The notes: a model not told the origin generated them from the letters alone. Numbered from the stretch's first letter, positions 37,443 through 47,637 are shown. The stretch: 64,000 bases of DNA from Candidatus Melainabacteria bacterium 17Bon1m (GCA_032128875.1 JAVLKG010000003.1:760974-824973); one strand, 5' to 3'. Translations and numbers: made by a program.

Positions 37443-38645
37443 ATGCTCAAGGCCGAATGGACTAAATCAATGCGGGCGCGGATGACGCTCGTTATGTCTT
37501 TGTCCAGTGTTGTGCCTGTTGTTATTTGTCATCTCATCGTGGTCGGCACGAACGGAGCAAGGTTTAGCGATATCGTTTGGTACTTGCCTCTGATTCCGGT
37601 ACTTATCGCCATCAACTGGTTTCTTTCAGGGATCATTCTTATTCCTCTCAGGCAGCTGCTACAGGCAACAACCAAGCTGGCTAACATGGACATTCGCCAG
37701 CGGCTAGAAGTTGAGCCTAACGAGCTCTTTGAGACGGCGGAATTGCGAAAGTCTTTCAATAAATTGCTCAATCGATTGGAAGAGTCTCTCAACATTCAAT
37801 GCCAATTCGTTGCTGACGCTAGCCACGAATTGCGTACACCACTTACTTCTATTCAGGGATACACCAAACTTCTATTGCGTCGTGGACAGAGCATCGACGG
37901 GCATCTTCTAGCAGAAGCCTTGCAGACTATTTCCGATGAATCCGGTCGATTGATTCGACTGGTGTCTGACTTGTTGCAATTGGCTCGTGCAGACGCCGGA
38001 CAAGCAATAATCAATCAGCAAGAAGTTATTGACGCGCGTGATGTTCTTGCATCAGTCGAAGATACCGTCACGGTAATCGCTCCGGAGCAGATCGAAATTC
38101 AATTCATCATGCCTAGTCAGCCAATCTTTGTCTTCGCTGATAGCGACCGGCTCAAGCAAGTTTTTCTCAATCTGACAAACAATGCGATTAAGGCTACGCA
38201 GGCAGGTGGAAAAGTCACGGTTACTTTGCGCCTGAGCAACAATCAGGCGATCATCCGCGTAATTGATACCGGCATTGGTATCGCACCTGCGGACCAACAA
38301 AGAATTTTCGATCGCTTTTATAGAGTTGAGCGTTCTCGTGTGAAGAGCCGCATTTATGGCGGTGGTACCGGTCTTGGGTTGGCTATTGCTTTGACCATTA
38401 TCAAGGCACATGGCGGCAGCATTGATCTTGAAAGTGAATTGAACAAGGGCTCTACATTCACTGTTCGATTGCCTGTTGCCGACGAAAAGACCGGCAAGAG
38501 CGACACGGAAAAAAAAAGAACCGCCGAGCTGGCGAGACTGGAAGCACAGGAGAAACAGGAACGTCCGAGGGACCAAGTCCAGAAGGACCAGCGTGATCCG
38601 CAAGACAAAGTGCAACCGAAAGAAGCTCAGACAGCCGATTCCTGA
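37443..38645 (+). CDS. Sensor histidine kinase (2 TM, HAMP, HisKA, HATPase)
   Basis: FVADASHELRTPLT, NLTNNAIK, DTGIGI, FDRFYRV, GGTGLGL. Confidence 0.95.
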   Translation: MLKAEWTKSMRARMTLVMSLSSVVPVVICHLIVVGTNGARFSDIVWYLPLIPVLIAINWFLSGIILIPLRQLLQATTKLANMDIRQRLEVEPNELFETAELRKSFNKLLNRLEESLNIQCQFVADASHELRTPLTSIQGYTKLLLRRGQSIDGHLLAEALQTISDESGRLIRLVSDLLQLARADAGQAIINQQEVIDARDVLASVEDTVTVIAPEQIEIQFIMPSQPIFVFADSDRLKQVFLNLTNNAIKATQAGGKVTVTLRLSNNQAIIRVIDTGIGIAPADQQRIFDRFYRVERSRVKSRIYGGGTGLGLAIALTIIKAHGGSIDLESELNKGSTFTVRLPVADEKTGKSDTEKKRTAELARLEAQEKQERPRDQVQKDQRDPQDKVQPKEAQTADS

Positions 38646-38683
38646 GAAACTGCAATATTCGATTCCTGAGAACCTGCAAACGT
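38636..38683. repeat. 24-bp tandem duplication spanning the histidine kinase stop codon
   Basis: cgattcctgagaaactgcaatatt / cgattcctgagaacctgcaaacgt. Confidence 0.75.
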
Positions 38684-38722
38684 TGAGTCCTGCGGACTTC
38701 GAGTTACTTATCGGCAGAAAAC

Positions 38723-38751
38723 AAAAACGCACCGCTTGAGCAGTGCGTTTT
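38723..38751. terminator. Bidirectional terminator between the histidine kinase and rplY
   Basis: aaaaacgcac-cgcttgagca-gtgcgtttt. Confidence 0.7.
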
Positions 38752-38774
38752 CAAATTTTTCTTTCGTCGCAGAA

Positions 38775-39395
38775 CTAGGAAGCTGCTGCTGCCGGTTCTG
38801 GAGTTGCTGCGCTTTCGCTCGATGCTCCAGCTTCTCCTGCGGCTGCTTTCTTCGCCACAACGCGAGCGACAACTTCTTCTTCTGGGTTGAGGATTTTGAT
38901 TTTGTCAGAAACCTTCAACTCTCCGAAGTGGAGTCCTTGGTCGATTTCGGTGATCAACGAAACGTCTGCTTCGATGAAGTCAGGGATATCACCAGGCAAG
39001 CATTCGATTTCTGCGTCTTGGAAAACTTCGATGAGCTGTCCGCCTTCGATAGTTACTGCAGTCGATACGCCGATGAACTTCAGAGGTACGGTCACAGTCA
39101 ATTTGCGGTCGAGAGCCACGCGATAGAGTTCTACGTTGAGAACTTCGTGGGTTGTGCCTCTGCGCTGAACGTCACGGATGATGGCATTGATTTTGCCCTT
39201 GCCTGTCTCCAGCTCGATCATGTGGGAGTAGGCGCCTTTCGGCAAACGGGAAAATTCTTTGGCGTCTATTTGTACGCTTTCAGACGGCTGGCCGGGACCG
39301 TAGAGAGTCGCAGGGATTTTTGCTTCCCTTCTCAGCTGTCTCGGTGTTTTGTCTTCGCGAGCAGCGACCGCCAACTTAATCTTGTCCATGACCAA
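38775..39395 (-). CDS. rplY: 50S ribosomal protein L25/Ctc
   Basis: LRREAKIPATLYG, IRDVQR, VTVPL, CLPGDIPDFIEADVS. Confidence 0.95.
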   Translation of the reverse strand: MVMDKIKLAVAAREDKTPRQLRREAKIPATLYGPGQPSESVQIDAKEFSRLPKGAYSHMIELETGKGKINAIIRDVQRRGTTHEVLNVELYRVALDRKLTVTVPLKFIGVSTAVTIEGGQLIEVFQDAEIECLPGDIPDFIEADVSLITEIDQGLHFGELKVSDKIKILNPEEEVVARVVAKKAAAGEAGASSESAATPEPAAAAS

Positions 39396-39461
39396 AAGAT
39401 CCTTATAAATACGTAAGCCTAAAGCGGACGATAAACTCCCCTCAAAACGGAGGAGTAAGAG

Positions 39462-39533
39462 CTGGGGTGCAAGGATTCGAACCTCAGAATGGCTGGACCA
39501 AAACCAGCTGCCTTACCGCTTGGCGACACCCCA
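39462..39533 (-). tRNA. tRNA-Gln (anticodon TTG), CCA not encoded
   Basis: TGGGGTGTCGCCAAGCGGTAAGGCAGCTGGTTTTGGTCCAGCCATTCTGAGGTTCGAATCCTTGCACCCCAG folds as a cloverleaf. Confidence 0.95.
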
Positions 39534-39653
39534 ATCTTAGCGTCGAAGGCCCATTTTATTTAATAGCGCGCCATTGTGTCAACGCCAAACGGTTAGTTTG
39601 GTTACATCCTGTGCGGGTTTCGATCGGATTTATCGAACTGGCGCCAATCGGTA

Positions 39654-41351
39654 CTAAATTGCCGGTCTTATTTGATTCGCCTGGGCAATCAGCGCGCGCG
39701 CAAAGTCCAGTGCGGCTTTGGTGTCGCCCTCTCCAGATGCCATTTGCGCCAGTTGTTTGAGGCGCTCATCGCCTTTCAAGGTCTTCACACTGACGTTGGT
39801 TTCTTTGGCCGTTTGACGTTTGGCAACTTCAATATGGCTGTCTGCCACGGCCGCGATAATTGGCTGGTGCGTAATACAAAGGATCTGGTGGGACTTGGAA
39901 AGCACAGCCAGCTTGTCTCTTACCGCTTGCAGCGCTTTGCCGCTCATACCCGTGTCGATTTCATCGAATATGACGGTTGGAACATGGTCGCCGGCCGCAA
40001 AAATAGATTTGACTGCCAGCATGATTCTCGAAAGTTCGCCGCCTGAGGCGATCTTGCCCAGCGATTGAGCGGGCAGACCGGGGTTTGGCGCTATTTGAAA
40101 CTCTAATTTGTCGACGCCCATGGCGGTGGGTTCGCTCAGAGTTTCTATTTCAATATGAAAGACGGCGCGCTCCATGCCAAGGTCTCTGAGCTCTTTTTGA
40201 ACCCTCGCCCCGAGGTCGGCTGCCAATTTTTTCCTGGACTCTGACAACTTCTCGGCAATTTTAATTAGACGGTGGTAAAGCTGTTCTGCTTCAACCTTTA
40301 TCTCTTCAATTTTCTCGCTGGAGCGTGTGAGATTGTCGATTTCGGTTTTCAGGGATTCTCTTGTTTCGATTGCCGTCGCTAACGTGGGACCATACTTCTT
40401 TTTGATGCCGGTGATTACCGACAAGCGCGATTCCAGGTGATTGAGAGCCTCAGGATCGCTGTCCAGTGTGTCTTTGTAGCGGCGCAGTTCAGCCAGGCTT
40501 TCTTCGAGGTGGAATAAGCTTGTTTTCAACGGTTCTGTAGCTGCACTTAATTCAGGATCGAATCTTTCCGCCTTTTCCAGTCCTGCTAGGGCTTCCTGCA
40601 AGCTGTCTATGGCAGGCTTTCCATCGCTGTCACCATCGCCGTTCAATAGAGCCCTGGCTAGATTTACCGATTCTTCCAAAGTTTGAGCATGGGCAAGTTT
40701 GTTGTGCTCGGCACTCAAATGCTCGTCTTCATCGGGGTCGGCAAGATTTGCTTCATTCAATTCTTCAAGTTGGAACGTGGCAAAATCCAGCCGTCTGGTT
40801 CTTTCCTGTTCTGAAATTTCCAACTCTGACAGTTCTGCCAGGAGTTCTTTTCTTTGTGCATAAAGGGTGCGCACTTCGTCGATGACTTTGCGGTGTACGT
40901 CGCTGCCCAGACTGTCCAGCATTTCGAGCTGAGACTGCGGGGACATCAATGTTCGTGCCTCGTGTTGGGCATGAACTGTGATCAATAATGCACGAAGTTC
41001 TTGCAGAACCGAATGGTTTACGGTGGTGCCGTTTATGCGCACCTTTGAGCCGGTTTTAGTGATTTCGCGGCTGACTACAAGCGACTTTGAATCTTCGTCG
41101 ATCAAATCTTCCTGCTTCAACCATGCTTCCACCCGTGGTGTCGGATGAAATGTTGCTTCAATCTTTGATCGCTCGCAGCCGATTCTTATAAACTGCGCTC
41201 CGACTTTGCCGCCGAGCACCGCACTCAGTGCGTCCATTACAATCGATTTCCCGGCGCCGGTCTCGCCTGTAAGAATATTTAGACCGTTTGACCAGTCAAT
41301 TTTGATCTGTTCGATCAGAGCAAAATCTTTGATTTCGAGACTTTCTAACAT
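39654..41351 (-). CDS. recN: DNA repair protein RecN
   Basis: LTGETGAGKS, ASGGELSR, IFDEIDTG, CITHQP. Confidence 0.97.
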   Translation of the reverse strand: MLESLEIKDFALIEQIKIDWSNGLNILTGETGAGKSIVMDALSAVLGGKVGAQFIRIGCERSKIEATFHPTPRVEAWLKQEDLIDEDSKSLVVSREITKTGSKVRINGTTVNHSVLQELRALLITVHAQHEARTLMSPQSQLEMLDSLGSDVHRKVIDEVRTLYAQRKELLAELSELEISEQERTRRLDFATFQLEELNEANLADPDEDEHLSAEHNKLAHAQTLEESVNLARALLNGDGDSDGKPAIDSLQEALAGLEKAERFDPELSAATEPLKTSLFHLEESLAELRRYKDTLDSDPEALNHLESRLSVITGIKKKYGPTLATAIETRESLKTEIDNLTRSSEKIEEIKVEAEQLYHRLIKIAEKLSESRKKLAADLGARVQKELRDLGMERAVFHIEIETLSEPTAMGVDKLEFQIAPNPGLPAQSLGKIASGGELSRIMLAVKSIFAAGDHVPTVIFDEIDTGMSGKALQAVRDKLAVLSKSHQILCITHQPIIAAVADSHIEVAKRQTAKETNVSVKTLKGDERLKQLAQMASGEGDTKAALDFARALIAQANQIRPAI

Positions 41352-41496
41352 GCACCGTATATAGAGTCGTATATCTTTTGTTCGCAGGAGCCGATGCCCC
41401 TACCGGCAATATCATAGCGAATTCAGATCGTCGTGCAAGACCTTTGAGTTAGGCGTTTTAAGTGACAGGTTGAAAATCCTTCGGCTTGTCTTTCAT

Positions 41497-42210
41497 TTAG
41501 CCTAGCGAGTCGCCGGAGCCCTCAGCTTTAGTGCCTGCCGGATCATTCGGGGATGACGATTTTGCCTCCGGGCTCACTCTCACTCCCACCATCCAAAACG
41601 CAATGCAGCTGGTTATCGCGTTTAGCAAACCGAGAAAAATCAAACCCAGCATTGTCGCGCCGGATTTAAGTTTCACATTAGCCATGGAATCTAACAAAGA
41701 CATTTCTTTAGCGCGAATCGACTGCACTTCTTTGCGCAGATCGTCGGAATTGGTGCGCAAGTCTTTCAAGAGCTGACGCTGTTTATCTTCAGGCAGACCG
41801 CTTTTCGGCGAATCAATCGCTGACTGAACCTCTTTTGCAGCTTTGACAATTTCGGCTGAAAGTTCGCTGACTTTGATTGTCTCATTGGTCGGCAGCGTCC
41901 CAATCAACTCAGTCAGCTCTTTTTTTCGTTTCGGCAAATCTGCCAAGTTTTCTTTCAAGCGCGAACCGAGTGTTTCGTCACGGTCCTTGAAATACGGCAC
42001 CAAATAAAGGGCGACATCATTGCCTGATTTGGAAATTTCCTCGGCTGCTGAGGCGATTTGAATTTGTTTTTTCAGTGCCATCAAGTAGCCGCGTTGTGCC
42101 TCGGCCACTTCTATGCGCGCAAATCCCCTTGCACCTAAAAACGTCGGTATGGATATCGCCGTTAAGACGACGAACAGCATTATCCAGGTCTTTTTACTCA
42201 GTTCAGGCAT
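41497..42210 (-). CDS. Membrane protein: TM, helical extracytoplasmic domain, TM, short tail
   Basis: Hydrophobic segments at both ends with an all-helical charged middle. Confidence 0.75.
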   Translation of the reverse strand: MPELSKKTWIMLFVVLTAISIPTFLGARGFARIEVAEAQRGYLMALKKQIQIASAAEEISKSGNDVALYLVPYFKDRDETLGSRLKENLADLPKRKKELTELIGTLPTNETIKVSELSAEIVKAAKEVQSAIDSPKSGLPEDKQRQLLKDLRTNSDDLRKEVQSIRAKEMSLLDSMANVKLKSGATMLGLIFLGLLNAITSCIAFWMVGVRVSPEAKSSSPNDPAGTKAEGSGDSLG

Positions 42211-42308
42211 GATGACATATTAGCCCAAATTTTGAGCCAGTCGAAGCAGGATTTGGCTGACGTGTAAAATCGAAGTAGTAGAACTCGGCTAACTAAAAGA
42301 ATGCGCTC

Positions 42309-42557
42309 ATGAATCAGAAACTGTTACCGCAAATCGTAATAGGAATTGCCGGTGCGGTTATCTTCTTTCTGTGCGGCGCGGCGGCGGGATGGTGCATTTT
42401 GATCGCCCCTGTGGATGGTCCGAAAAATCCTTTCGACCTTAATAACGTGGAGATTCTATTGATTTGCGGACTGATACCAGCAGTGCTTGGAAGTGCACTG
42501 GGAATTTTCGTTTTGCGAGCAATTGAGCAGCGCAAGGAACTAGACAACTACCAATAG
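42309..42557 (+). CDS. Small two-TM hypothetical protein
   Basis: 82 aa with two hydrophobic helices; fills the gap between annotated genes. Confidence 0.6.
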   Translation: MNQKLLPQIVIGIAGAVIFFLCGAAAGWCILIAPVDGPKNPFDLNNVEILLICGLIPAVLGSALGIFVLRAIEQRKELDNYQ

Positions 42558-42605
42558 TAGCTGCTGCGTAGAGAGCGCTCCTGCATTAATGTAACTCGTG
42601 TTCGC

Positions 42606-43685
42606 TTAAGCAGGCGTCAGGGCGTGAATACTGACTTGAGCGGCGACTTGTTTTGCAATTTCGATAAACGCTTGCGAAACGGGGCTTTCTGGGTGCGTTG
42701 CCGTAATCGGTGCACCGAGGTCGCCGCCTTCGCGAATGCTTGTATCGAGAGGAATTTCGCCGAGGAACGGCACGCCTGCAGCTTCTGCAACGCGCTTGCC
42801 GCCACCGTGTCCGAAGATTTCGAAGCGCTCGGTGGAACCAGGCGGCTGGAAGTAGCTCATATTCTCAACGAATCCAAGAACCGGGACATCCATTTGTTGG
42901 AACATCGCCAAGCCCTTTTGACCGTCCAGAAGGGCAACTTCTTGCGGTGTGGTCACGATGACGCCGCCGGAAAGTTGTGTCGCTTGAACCATAGTCAATT
43001 GGGCATCGCCGGTGCCTGGGGGCATGTCCACGATGAGGTAATCCAGTTCATCCCACTGAACGTCGCGCAAAAATTGCCGGATGGCTTTGTCGAGCATTGG
43101 TCCGCGCCAAATGATCGGTGTTTCTCTATTAACGAAAAACGCCATTGAAATGACTTTGACGCCGTAATTTTCGGTGGGAAGAATTCTATTGTCTTTGGCG
43201 ACGGGTTGATAGTCGTCGACGCCCATCATGAGCGGAACATTCGGTCCGGTGATGTCTGCATCGAGCAAACCGACTCTGGCGCCCAGTTGTGCAAGTGCGA
43301 TTGCAAGATTGACAGAAACAGTGGTTTTGCCGACTCCGCCTTTGCCTGAGGTCACTGCGATAATTTGGCGAATACCCTCGACAGGCTCTTTGCCTCTCGG
43401 TTTCAGACCAGCCACAGCAGCGCCTGATTCCATCTCAACTTCGGTGACGCCAGGGATTTTGGCGACAGCTTCTTTGGCTTCCGTCTCCAGCTTCTCTTTG
43501 ACGGGGCACGCCGGTGTCGTCAGAGTCAGCTTGAAGAAGACTTTGCCTCCTTCTATTTTGATGTCGGAAATCATGCCCAGCGTGACGATATCGGTATGGA
43601 GATCTGGGTCCATAACCGTTCTCAGGGCGTTGTTTACAACTTCTGGGGTGATCGCTTCTGTTTGAACGCTAACCATAACTGTCAC
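42606..43685 (-). CDS. mrp: Mrp/ApbC/NBP35 Fe-S cluster carrier ATPase with an N-terminal DUF59 domain
   Basis: DPDL..DIV.LG, TTPACP, SGKGGVGKTT, WRGPM, DMPPGTGD, ENMS. Confidence 0.93.
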   Translation of the reverse strand: MTVMVSVQTEAITPEVVNNALRTVMDPDLHTDIVTLGMISDIKIEGGKVFFKLTLTTPACPVKEKLETEAKEAVAKIPGVTEVEMESGAAVAGLKPRGKEPVEGIRQIIAVTSGKGGVGKTTVSVNLAIALAQLGARVGLLDADITGPNVPLMMGVDDYQPVAKDNRILPTENYGVKVISMAFFVNRETPIIWRGPMLDKAIRQFLRDVQWDELDYLIVDMPPGTGDAQLTMVQATQLSGGVIVTTPQEVALLDGQKGLAMFQQMDVPVLGFVENMSYFQPPGSTERFEIFGHGGGKRVAEAAGVPFLGEIPLDTSIREGGDLGAPITATHPESPVSQAFIEIAKQVAAQVSIHALTPA

Positions 43686-43910
43686 CTATCCTACCTATCT
43701 GGTCTCTTGGACCGGGGATATGCCATCGGGCGCGCAACCCGGAGCGCACCTCTTCTGCTGTAGATGATAACCTCGAGCAGCCAGTCTGCCTGGCAACATA
43801 ATCAATTCTTCTATTTAGAGAGCCCTTTTCTGAGACATATGTTATCTCTCGCGTAAGGGCTCTGCCCGCTTGCTGCCTGTCGCGGGGTTCTTGCCAGGTC
43901 GAAAGAGCGA

Positions 43911-45065
43911 TTACTTTCTTGCTTCTGCCGTTACATTTTCAGTTTTACGCAGAGCTTCGGCAGTCTCGAGAGTATCAGGGTGTTGAGCGCCCAAACACTT
44001 TGTTTGAGATTCAAGAGCCGTGCTCAATTGTCTCTTTGCCTTATTCTTATCGCCTTGTTTCAAACTCAGTTCTCCAAGCGATGACAGCGTTTTGGCGATG
44101 GTCGGGTGACCTGGCTTGAAAAATGCTTGCCTCGTTTGGAACGATTTTTCCAAGTAGTTTTGTGCTTTTTCTAAATTTCCCTTCTCGAGAAAAAGCCTCC
44201 CCATTGTGCATTCGTCCGACGCTACGTTTGGATGCTTTTCGCCGAACGCCTTTCGGTCAATTGCGATTGTTTTATCCAAAGTCTTTTCAGCCTCGTCGAA
44301 TCGCCCTTGCTTTTGCAGAATTTTTGCCAGGTTTTCCATCACTTCAGCGCACTCGAGCGAGTTTTTTCCGGTTTCCTTTTCCCTCATAGCTAGCGCCTTT
44401 TCGGTTGCCTGCTGCGCCTCTGCTAATTTCCCCTGCTCTCTGAGCGATCTACCTAATCCGTTGTAAATTGCTGCAAGTTTGGTGTCGCTGTCTTTTCTGA
44501 TATTTGTTTTCCAAGTGTCGAGCGCGCGTTTGTACACAGCCTCCGCCTCAGCATAATGCCCGAGGTCGTTCAGTAAAGCGCCTTCGTTGCTCAGACTCAT
44601 AGGCAATTCTTGACGTTTTGGAAAGTATTTTTCTGCAATTTCGACTGTTTCTTTGACATAGGGCGCCGCCAGTCTATATCTGCCGGTGCCTCGATAAATC
44701 ATGCCGAGGTTGTTGAGAACGCGTACCATCCTTGGGTCTTTGGCGTTTTCTGTTTTGCACTGTTCGTAGCAGAAGAGGAATTCCTCTTCCGCCTGCTCGT
44801 ACAGTCCCTGCTTGAAATAAGACTCGCCTTTTCCAATGGATGCGTAGTAAGGCATTGATTTTATGGCGATGAAAACTGCCCAAGGAACGGCAATGACATA
44901 AAGGACAATGCGAACCTTGTTGATTGTGTTCTGGTACGGACGGATTTTTTCCTGCAGAGCACGGACTTTTTGCTGTGCTGCGCGGAACTTCGCAGTGGCG
45001 CTGCCAGGACGGCTGGATGCTGCAGGATCAGTGAATTTTTCTGTTTTTGATGTTTCGTCCGTCAT
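43911..45065 (-). CDS. Membrane-anchored TPR protein (kinesin-light-chain-type repeats)
   Basis: One TM helix followed by repeats such as LNNLG..Y, EAE.Y.RAL, HP..A. Confidence 0.88.
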   Translation of the reverse strand: MTDETSKTEKFTDPAASSRPGSATAKFRAAQQKVRALQEKIRPYQNTINKVRIVLYVIAVPWAVFIAIKSMPYYASIGKGESYFKQGLYEQAEEEFLFCYEQCKTENAKDPRMVRVLNNLGMIYRGTGRYRLAAPYVKETVEIAEKYFPKRQELPMSLSNEGALLNDLGHYAEAEAVYKRALDTWKTNIRKDSDTKLAAIYNGLGRSLREQGKLAEAQQATEKALAMREKETGKNSLECAEVMENLAKILQKQGRFDEAEKTLDKTIAIDRKAFGEKHPNVASDECTMGRLFLEKGNLEKAQNYLEKSFQTRQAFFKPGHPTIAKTLSSLGELSLKQGDKNKAKRQLSTALESQTKCLGAQHPDTLETAEALRKTENVTAEARK

Positions 45066-45292
45066 ATCGTTTGATGTGAATCCGTCGGCACGCCAGCAGG
45101 TATTGCTGGCGTGATTATCGGGCAAATGCACTTGGCATTTTAACCGCGAAAGTTGGCTGTTTGTCTAGTAAGCGCCCTTGAGGGCATTATGCTTGCAGCG
45201 TAAGTCCCGCAGCGCCGGAAGTCAATCAGGGAAAACCATGAGATATTTGATTCTGTGTTCTGACGACAAGAACTGTAAGAGGGTCTAGCGGC

Positions 45293-47092
45293 GTGAAACC
45301 ACAAAATCGATTCTTTTACCTGTCTATTTCCTTGATGCTATTTTGCGCGCAAGCGGTTTTAGCATTTTCGCAGGAAGAAAGCAGCGCTGAGCCTAACGAT
45401 GCCGGACAGAAATTGGATTCCGCCGAACCGGAGCACCAGGGTTTGCATAATCGGTTCGCAGAACATCGCAGAAAGCGCCTCCAGCAAAGGCAAATGCGCC
45501 GGCAGCAAAAGAACCAAAACGATCTTAATAGCAGTAGCAATCAGCAAATTCAAAGCCCGCCAGAACAAGGCGTTCTTAGACAAGACACAAAACTGCCGAC
45601 TAGAATTGAGAAATCTCACGATAAATCCGCTGCCAAAGAAGCGCCATGTCTGTCATGGCTCAATCCAATAGGCAAGCCGAAAGCCATCATCATTTGCGTG
45701 CATGGTCTGGGATTACATTGTGGCAGCTACGAGCAATTTGGAAAGGCGATGGCCCTGCGTGGCTATGCTGTTTATGCGGTTGACGTGCGAGGTTTTGGTT
45801 CTTGGATGGCCGCCAAAGGGCGAGAAAAATGCGATTTTAAACATTGCAGCGACGACATCGTTTCTACTCTCAATGTGCTGCACCTGGCGAATCCCGGCGT
45901 ACCTGTATACCTGCTTGGTGAATCGATGGGAGGAGCAATTGCCTTAGATGTCGCGTCCGAAAATCCCGCTTTAATCAATGGTTTGATTTCGGCAGTGCCA
46001 GCGGCGGAGAGATTTAAGACTGGTCAAACCAACCTTAAGGTTTTCATGCATCTGCTTACTGGAAATCGCAAAGTCAATGTCGAAAAGTCAGTCGTCAATC
46101 GAGCTACTGCTGACCCGTCGCTGCGTGAAGAGTGGGCTGAAGATCCGCTTGCCCGAATGGATTTATCTGCTAGTGAGTTAATGCAGTTTCAAACTTTCAT
46201 GAATGAGAACCATGACAGAGCGAAGAAAATCGATAAGCTTCCTGTTCTGATCGTGCAAGGTGGAAAGGACAAACTCGTAAAGGCTGAGGGCACAAGAGAG
46301 CTGTTCGAGAAGCTTGTCACAGAGGACAAGAACCTCGCGATGGTGAATGGAGCCGAGCACCTGGTTTATGAGGAAGGGCAGTTCTCTAAAGAAGTCCTTG
46401 ACCTAACGGACAATTGGATTTCTCAGCGATTGCCGATGAAGGACGGTCAAGCTGCTTCGCCAAACATGATGAAGGCGCGAGCGATGGTGCAGTCTAAACA
46501 GTTTGCCAGAGTAATTCCACTGTTGCAAAGGATAGTCTTTGAGGAGCCGCAGAATCCGGAAGCTTATGTGTTGCTCGGATTGGCTTTCATGCGCACGGGG
46601 CATCCGTTGAAAGCCCGCGAGAATGTTCGCAAAGCTTTTTTGATGGCGCGTGCCAGCAAAGATCCGGAGAAGTCTCGCAAAGCAAATGATCTGCTCTTGA
46701 ACCTGCCACCGGAAATGGTAGCGCCAGTTCTTGCTCGTGCTGTCCGCGGTGCTATGCCGGGAAGTTCAGGCTCTCGCCGAATGCCATTTGCTGCAGGTTT
46801 ACAGCCGGGTAGTTACAAGGTTTTGATCTTCAGTGCGAAGTGGTGTGAGCCGTGCAAAGATCTTGAGCCGATTATCAATGAGGCTCGGTCGCGTTTCGGC
46901 AATAAAGTCCAGTTCAGCACAGTGGACGTCGACGATGAGAAGAATCAAGCGTTGATTGAGAAATACCACGTAAGCCCTGTTCCAACTATGATATTTCTGC
47001 GACCTGATGGAGACATCGCTGATTACTCAGTTGGATTTTCTGGGGTTTCCGGCATGATCAAAGGCATTGCAAAAATGTTATTGCCCGAATGA
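45293..47092 (+). CDS. Secreted alpha/beta hydrolase-TPR-thioredoxin fusion
   Basis: Signal peptide, VHGLG, DVRGFG, GESMGG, AEHL; TPR EPQNPEAYVLLG; thioredoxin FSAKWCEPCK...VPT. Confidence 0.88.
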   Translation: MKPQNRFFYLSISLMLFCAQAVLAFSQEESSAEPNDAGQKLDSAEPEHQGLHNRFAEHRRKRLQQRQMRRQQKNQNDLNSSSNQQIQSPPEQGVLRQDTKLPTRIEKSHDKSAAKEAPCLSWLNPIGKPKAIIICVHGLGLHCGSYEQFGKAMALRGYAVYAVDVRGFGSWMAAKGREKCDFKHCSDDIVSTLNVLHLANPGVPVYLLGESMGGAIALDVASENPALINGLISAVPAAERFKTGQTNLKVFMHLLTGNRKVNVEKSVVNRATADPSLREEWAEDPLARMDLSASELMQFQTFMNENHDRAKKIDKLPVLIVQGGKDKLVKAEGTRELFEKLVTEDKNLAMVNGAEHLVYEEGQFSKEVLDLTDNWISQRLPMKDGQAASPNMMKARAMVQSKQFARVIPLLQRIVFEEPQNPEAYVLLGLAFMRTGHPLKARENVRKAFLMARASKDPEKSRKANDLLLNLPPEMVAPVLARAVRGAMPGSSGSRRMPFAAGLQPGSYKVLIFSAKWCEPCKDLEPIINEARSRFGNKVQFSTVDVDDEKNQALIEKYHVSPVPTMIFLRPDGDIADYSVGFSGVSGMIKGIAKMLLPE

Positions 47093-47637
47093 TATTACAT
47101 CTTTTCTGGTTCGTGCCTTTAGCCGTCGTCGCCTTGTCTGTGTTATGTTGGCGTTGCGGAGCAGTCCCGTTGCTGTGGTTGATGCCTTTTTTTTACGAAG
47201 GCTGTTATGCAATGGGTGAAGACCTGAGCATCGCATATGGTGCCGGCGCTTTTGTACATCAGATTGTACTTGCGTTTTTGAAGAAACGGCTGGGAGCGTA
47301 TGATTTCCGTCTTGCACCGGTTATGGTGCAAACTGCGGTTCTCCTTAATGCACAAGGAAAATACAAGGAGGCAGAACCCTATTTCTTGAAAGCAAAGGAG
47401 ATATACGAGCTGGCGCTAAACAATTTTCAGCAGAAAAACGAAAAGGACATGGTCGAAAAGATTGCTCGCGAGCTTGCCCAGTTAGGCTTGGATTATGCCT
47501 CGCTTTTGGAAGTAACCGGACGCCAGAAAGATGCCCCTACCATGCTTTTGCGCGTCGCGCGCCAATTGGAGGATAAGGGGCATCAGAGTTTGGCTGCGTC
47601 TCTTTCAGCAGAGGCGCTTAAGTACGAGCACAAGTGA
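47089..47637 (+). CDS. Membrane-anchored TPR-like protein
   Basis: Hydrophobic N-terminus, QGKYKEAEPYF; ATGA overlap with the upstream gene. Confidence 0.7.
   Translation: MILHLFWFVPLAVVALSVLCWRCGAVPLLWLMPFFYEGCYAMGEDLSIAYGAGAFVHQIVLAFLKKRLGAYDFRLAPVMVQTAVLLNAQGKYKEAEPYFLKAKEIYELALNNFQQKNEKDMVEKIARELAQLGLDYASLLEVTGRQKDAPTMLLRVARQLEDKGHQSLAASLSAEALKYEHK

Noticed and set aside
39462..39533. tRNA as an integration site for an island
   Set aside because: No integrase or duplicated tRNA 3' end was seen, and core genes flank both sides.
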